Source of the DNA: a candidate division WOR-3 bacterium
Lineage (GTDB): Bacteria > Hydrothermota > Hydrothermia > JBDRYB01
Direction: 5' to 3'
Assembly (NCBI GenBank): GCA_049969615.1
Contig: JBMFOM010000003.1
Coordinates: 1 to 46,218, forward strand
Length of the DNA: 46,218 nt
The notes beneath the pieces are model-generated. The model saw only the letters and a program-made list of their open reading frames with translations, did not search any database and had not been told where the DNA came from. Made by a program: the position numbers and the translations under genes. Positions 45,494 through 46,218 of the stretch are shown piece after piece (positions within the stretch are counted from its first letter, which is position 1; each line of letters begins with the position of its first letter).

Positions 45494-46051
45494 ATGGATG
45501 TAAAAACTGCAATAGAAACCAGAAGAGCGTTCAGGTCGCTTGAACCCGTTGAAATAACTGATGATCTTGTTGAAGACTTAGCCAGCGCGGCTTCTCTCGC
45601 TCCATCGTGCTTCAACAACCAGCCCTGGAGATTCGTGTTCGTCCGCGACCCGGAGGTCCTGAAGGTCCTCCATGGTACCCTTTCCAGGGGAAACGAATGG
45701 GCCCAGAGAGCCTCAATGATCATAGCCGCATTCAGCAAAAAAGAGCTGGATTGCGACTTACACGGACGGGAATACTATCTTTTTGGGGTGGGTATGGCTT
45801 CGGCATTCCTCATTCTGAGGGCCACGGAGCTGGGCCTAGTAGCCCATCCCATAGCGGGATATCGCGAGGATCAGGTCAAGGATGTCCTGGGGATCCCCAA
45901 CGACATGACGGTCATAACCCTCATCATGGTTGGGAAACACTCGCCGGAGATATCGCCGCTCCTGTCCGAAAAACAAGCCGAGGATGAGGGGCGCAGGCCA
46001 CCGAGAAAGCCCCTCTCAGAAATAGCTTTCATGGACCGTTGGCCAGGCTGA
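45494..46051 (+). CDS. Nitroreductase-family protein
   Basis: IETRRAFR, LAPSCFNNQPWRF, LRATELGL..HPIAGY, RKPLSEI. Confidence 0.92.
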   Translation: MDVKTAIETRRAFRSLEPVEITDDLVEDLASAASLAPSCFNNQPWRFVFVRDPEVLKVLHGTLSRGNEWAQRASMIIAAFSKKELDCDLHGREYYLFGVGMASAFLILRATELGLVAHPIAGYREDQVKDVLGIPNDMTVITLIMVGKHSPEISPLLSEKQAEDEGRRPPRKPLSEIAFMDRWPG

Positions 46052-46107
46052 TTCCGAACTGAATTTTTGGGACTCGGGAATAAGGAGATCCTTTTCCCAA
46101 ATGATCT

Positions 46108-46131
46108 GAGACCCCTGATAAAGTAGTAATA
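46108..46131 (-). repeat. Copy F: isolated right end of MITE-like repeat
   Basis: gagacccctgataaagtagtaata is the reverse complement of 27082-27105 with one mismatch. Confidence 0.75.
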
Positions 46132-46218
46132 TTCAACCCTGACACCAAAACCCCATTTCTAGCTATCCCCATGTTCTGAGATCCGCATAAAATCAAGGTT
46201 TGGTTTCTTGGAATGGTC

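Noticed and set aside
1-46218. CRISPR array, prophage, integron, transposase
   Set aside because: The repeats are dispersed and unspaced; no cas, integrase, transposase or phage genes were recognised.

Overview
A 46 kb gene-dense chromosomal segment, with no prophage or transposase, from a diderm and probably anaerobic bacterium. The T9SS-like C-terminal domains, C25 peptidase and bS22 suggest an FCB-related lineage such as WOR-3 (inference). It contains about 40 CDS and tRNA-Arg(CCG). Notable gene groups are a Re-citrate synthase/LeuCD-type hydratase/Icd operon, an aRF1-like (baeRF/Balon-like) gene, envelope and glycosylation genes, a TonB receptor with an orphan ABC ATPase, four secreted proteins with T9SS-like tails, and a ferredoxin-fused KorB plus KorC with no alpha subunit. 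Four signals are not explained by the ORF track. (1) A modular ~185-bp MITE-like repeat is dispersed through the intergenic regions. (2) A conserved ~30-40-bp promoter cassette (TTGATC-17-TATAAT, palindromic spacer) precedes a MerR gene and three other loci. (3) A (GT)n tract frameshifts the signal peptide of the gingipain-like protease. (4) Two small ORFs were missed: bS22 and a PEGA fragment. All calls come from reading the sequence by eye; no database searches were run.
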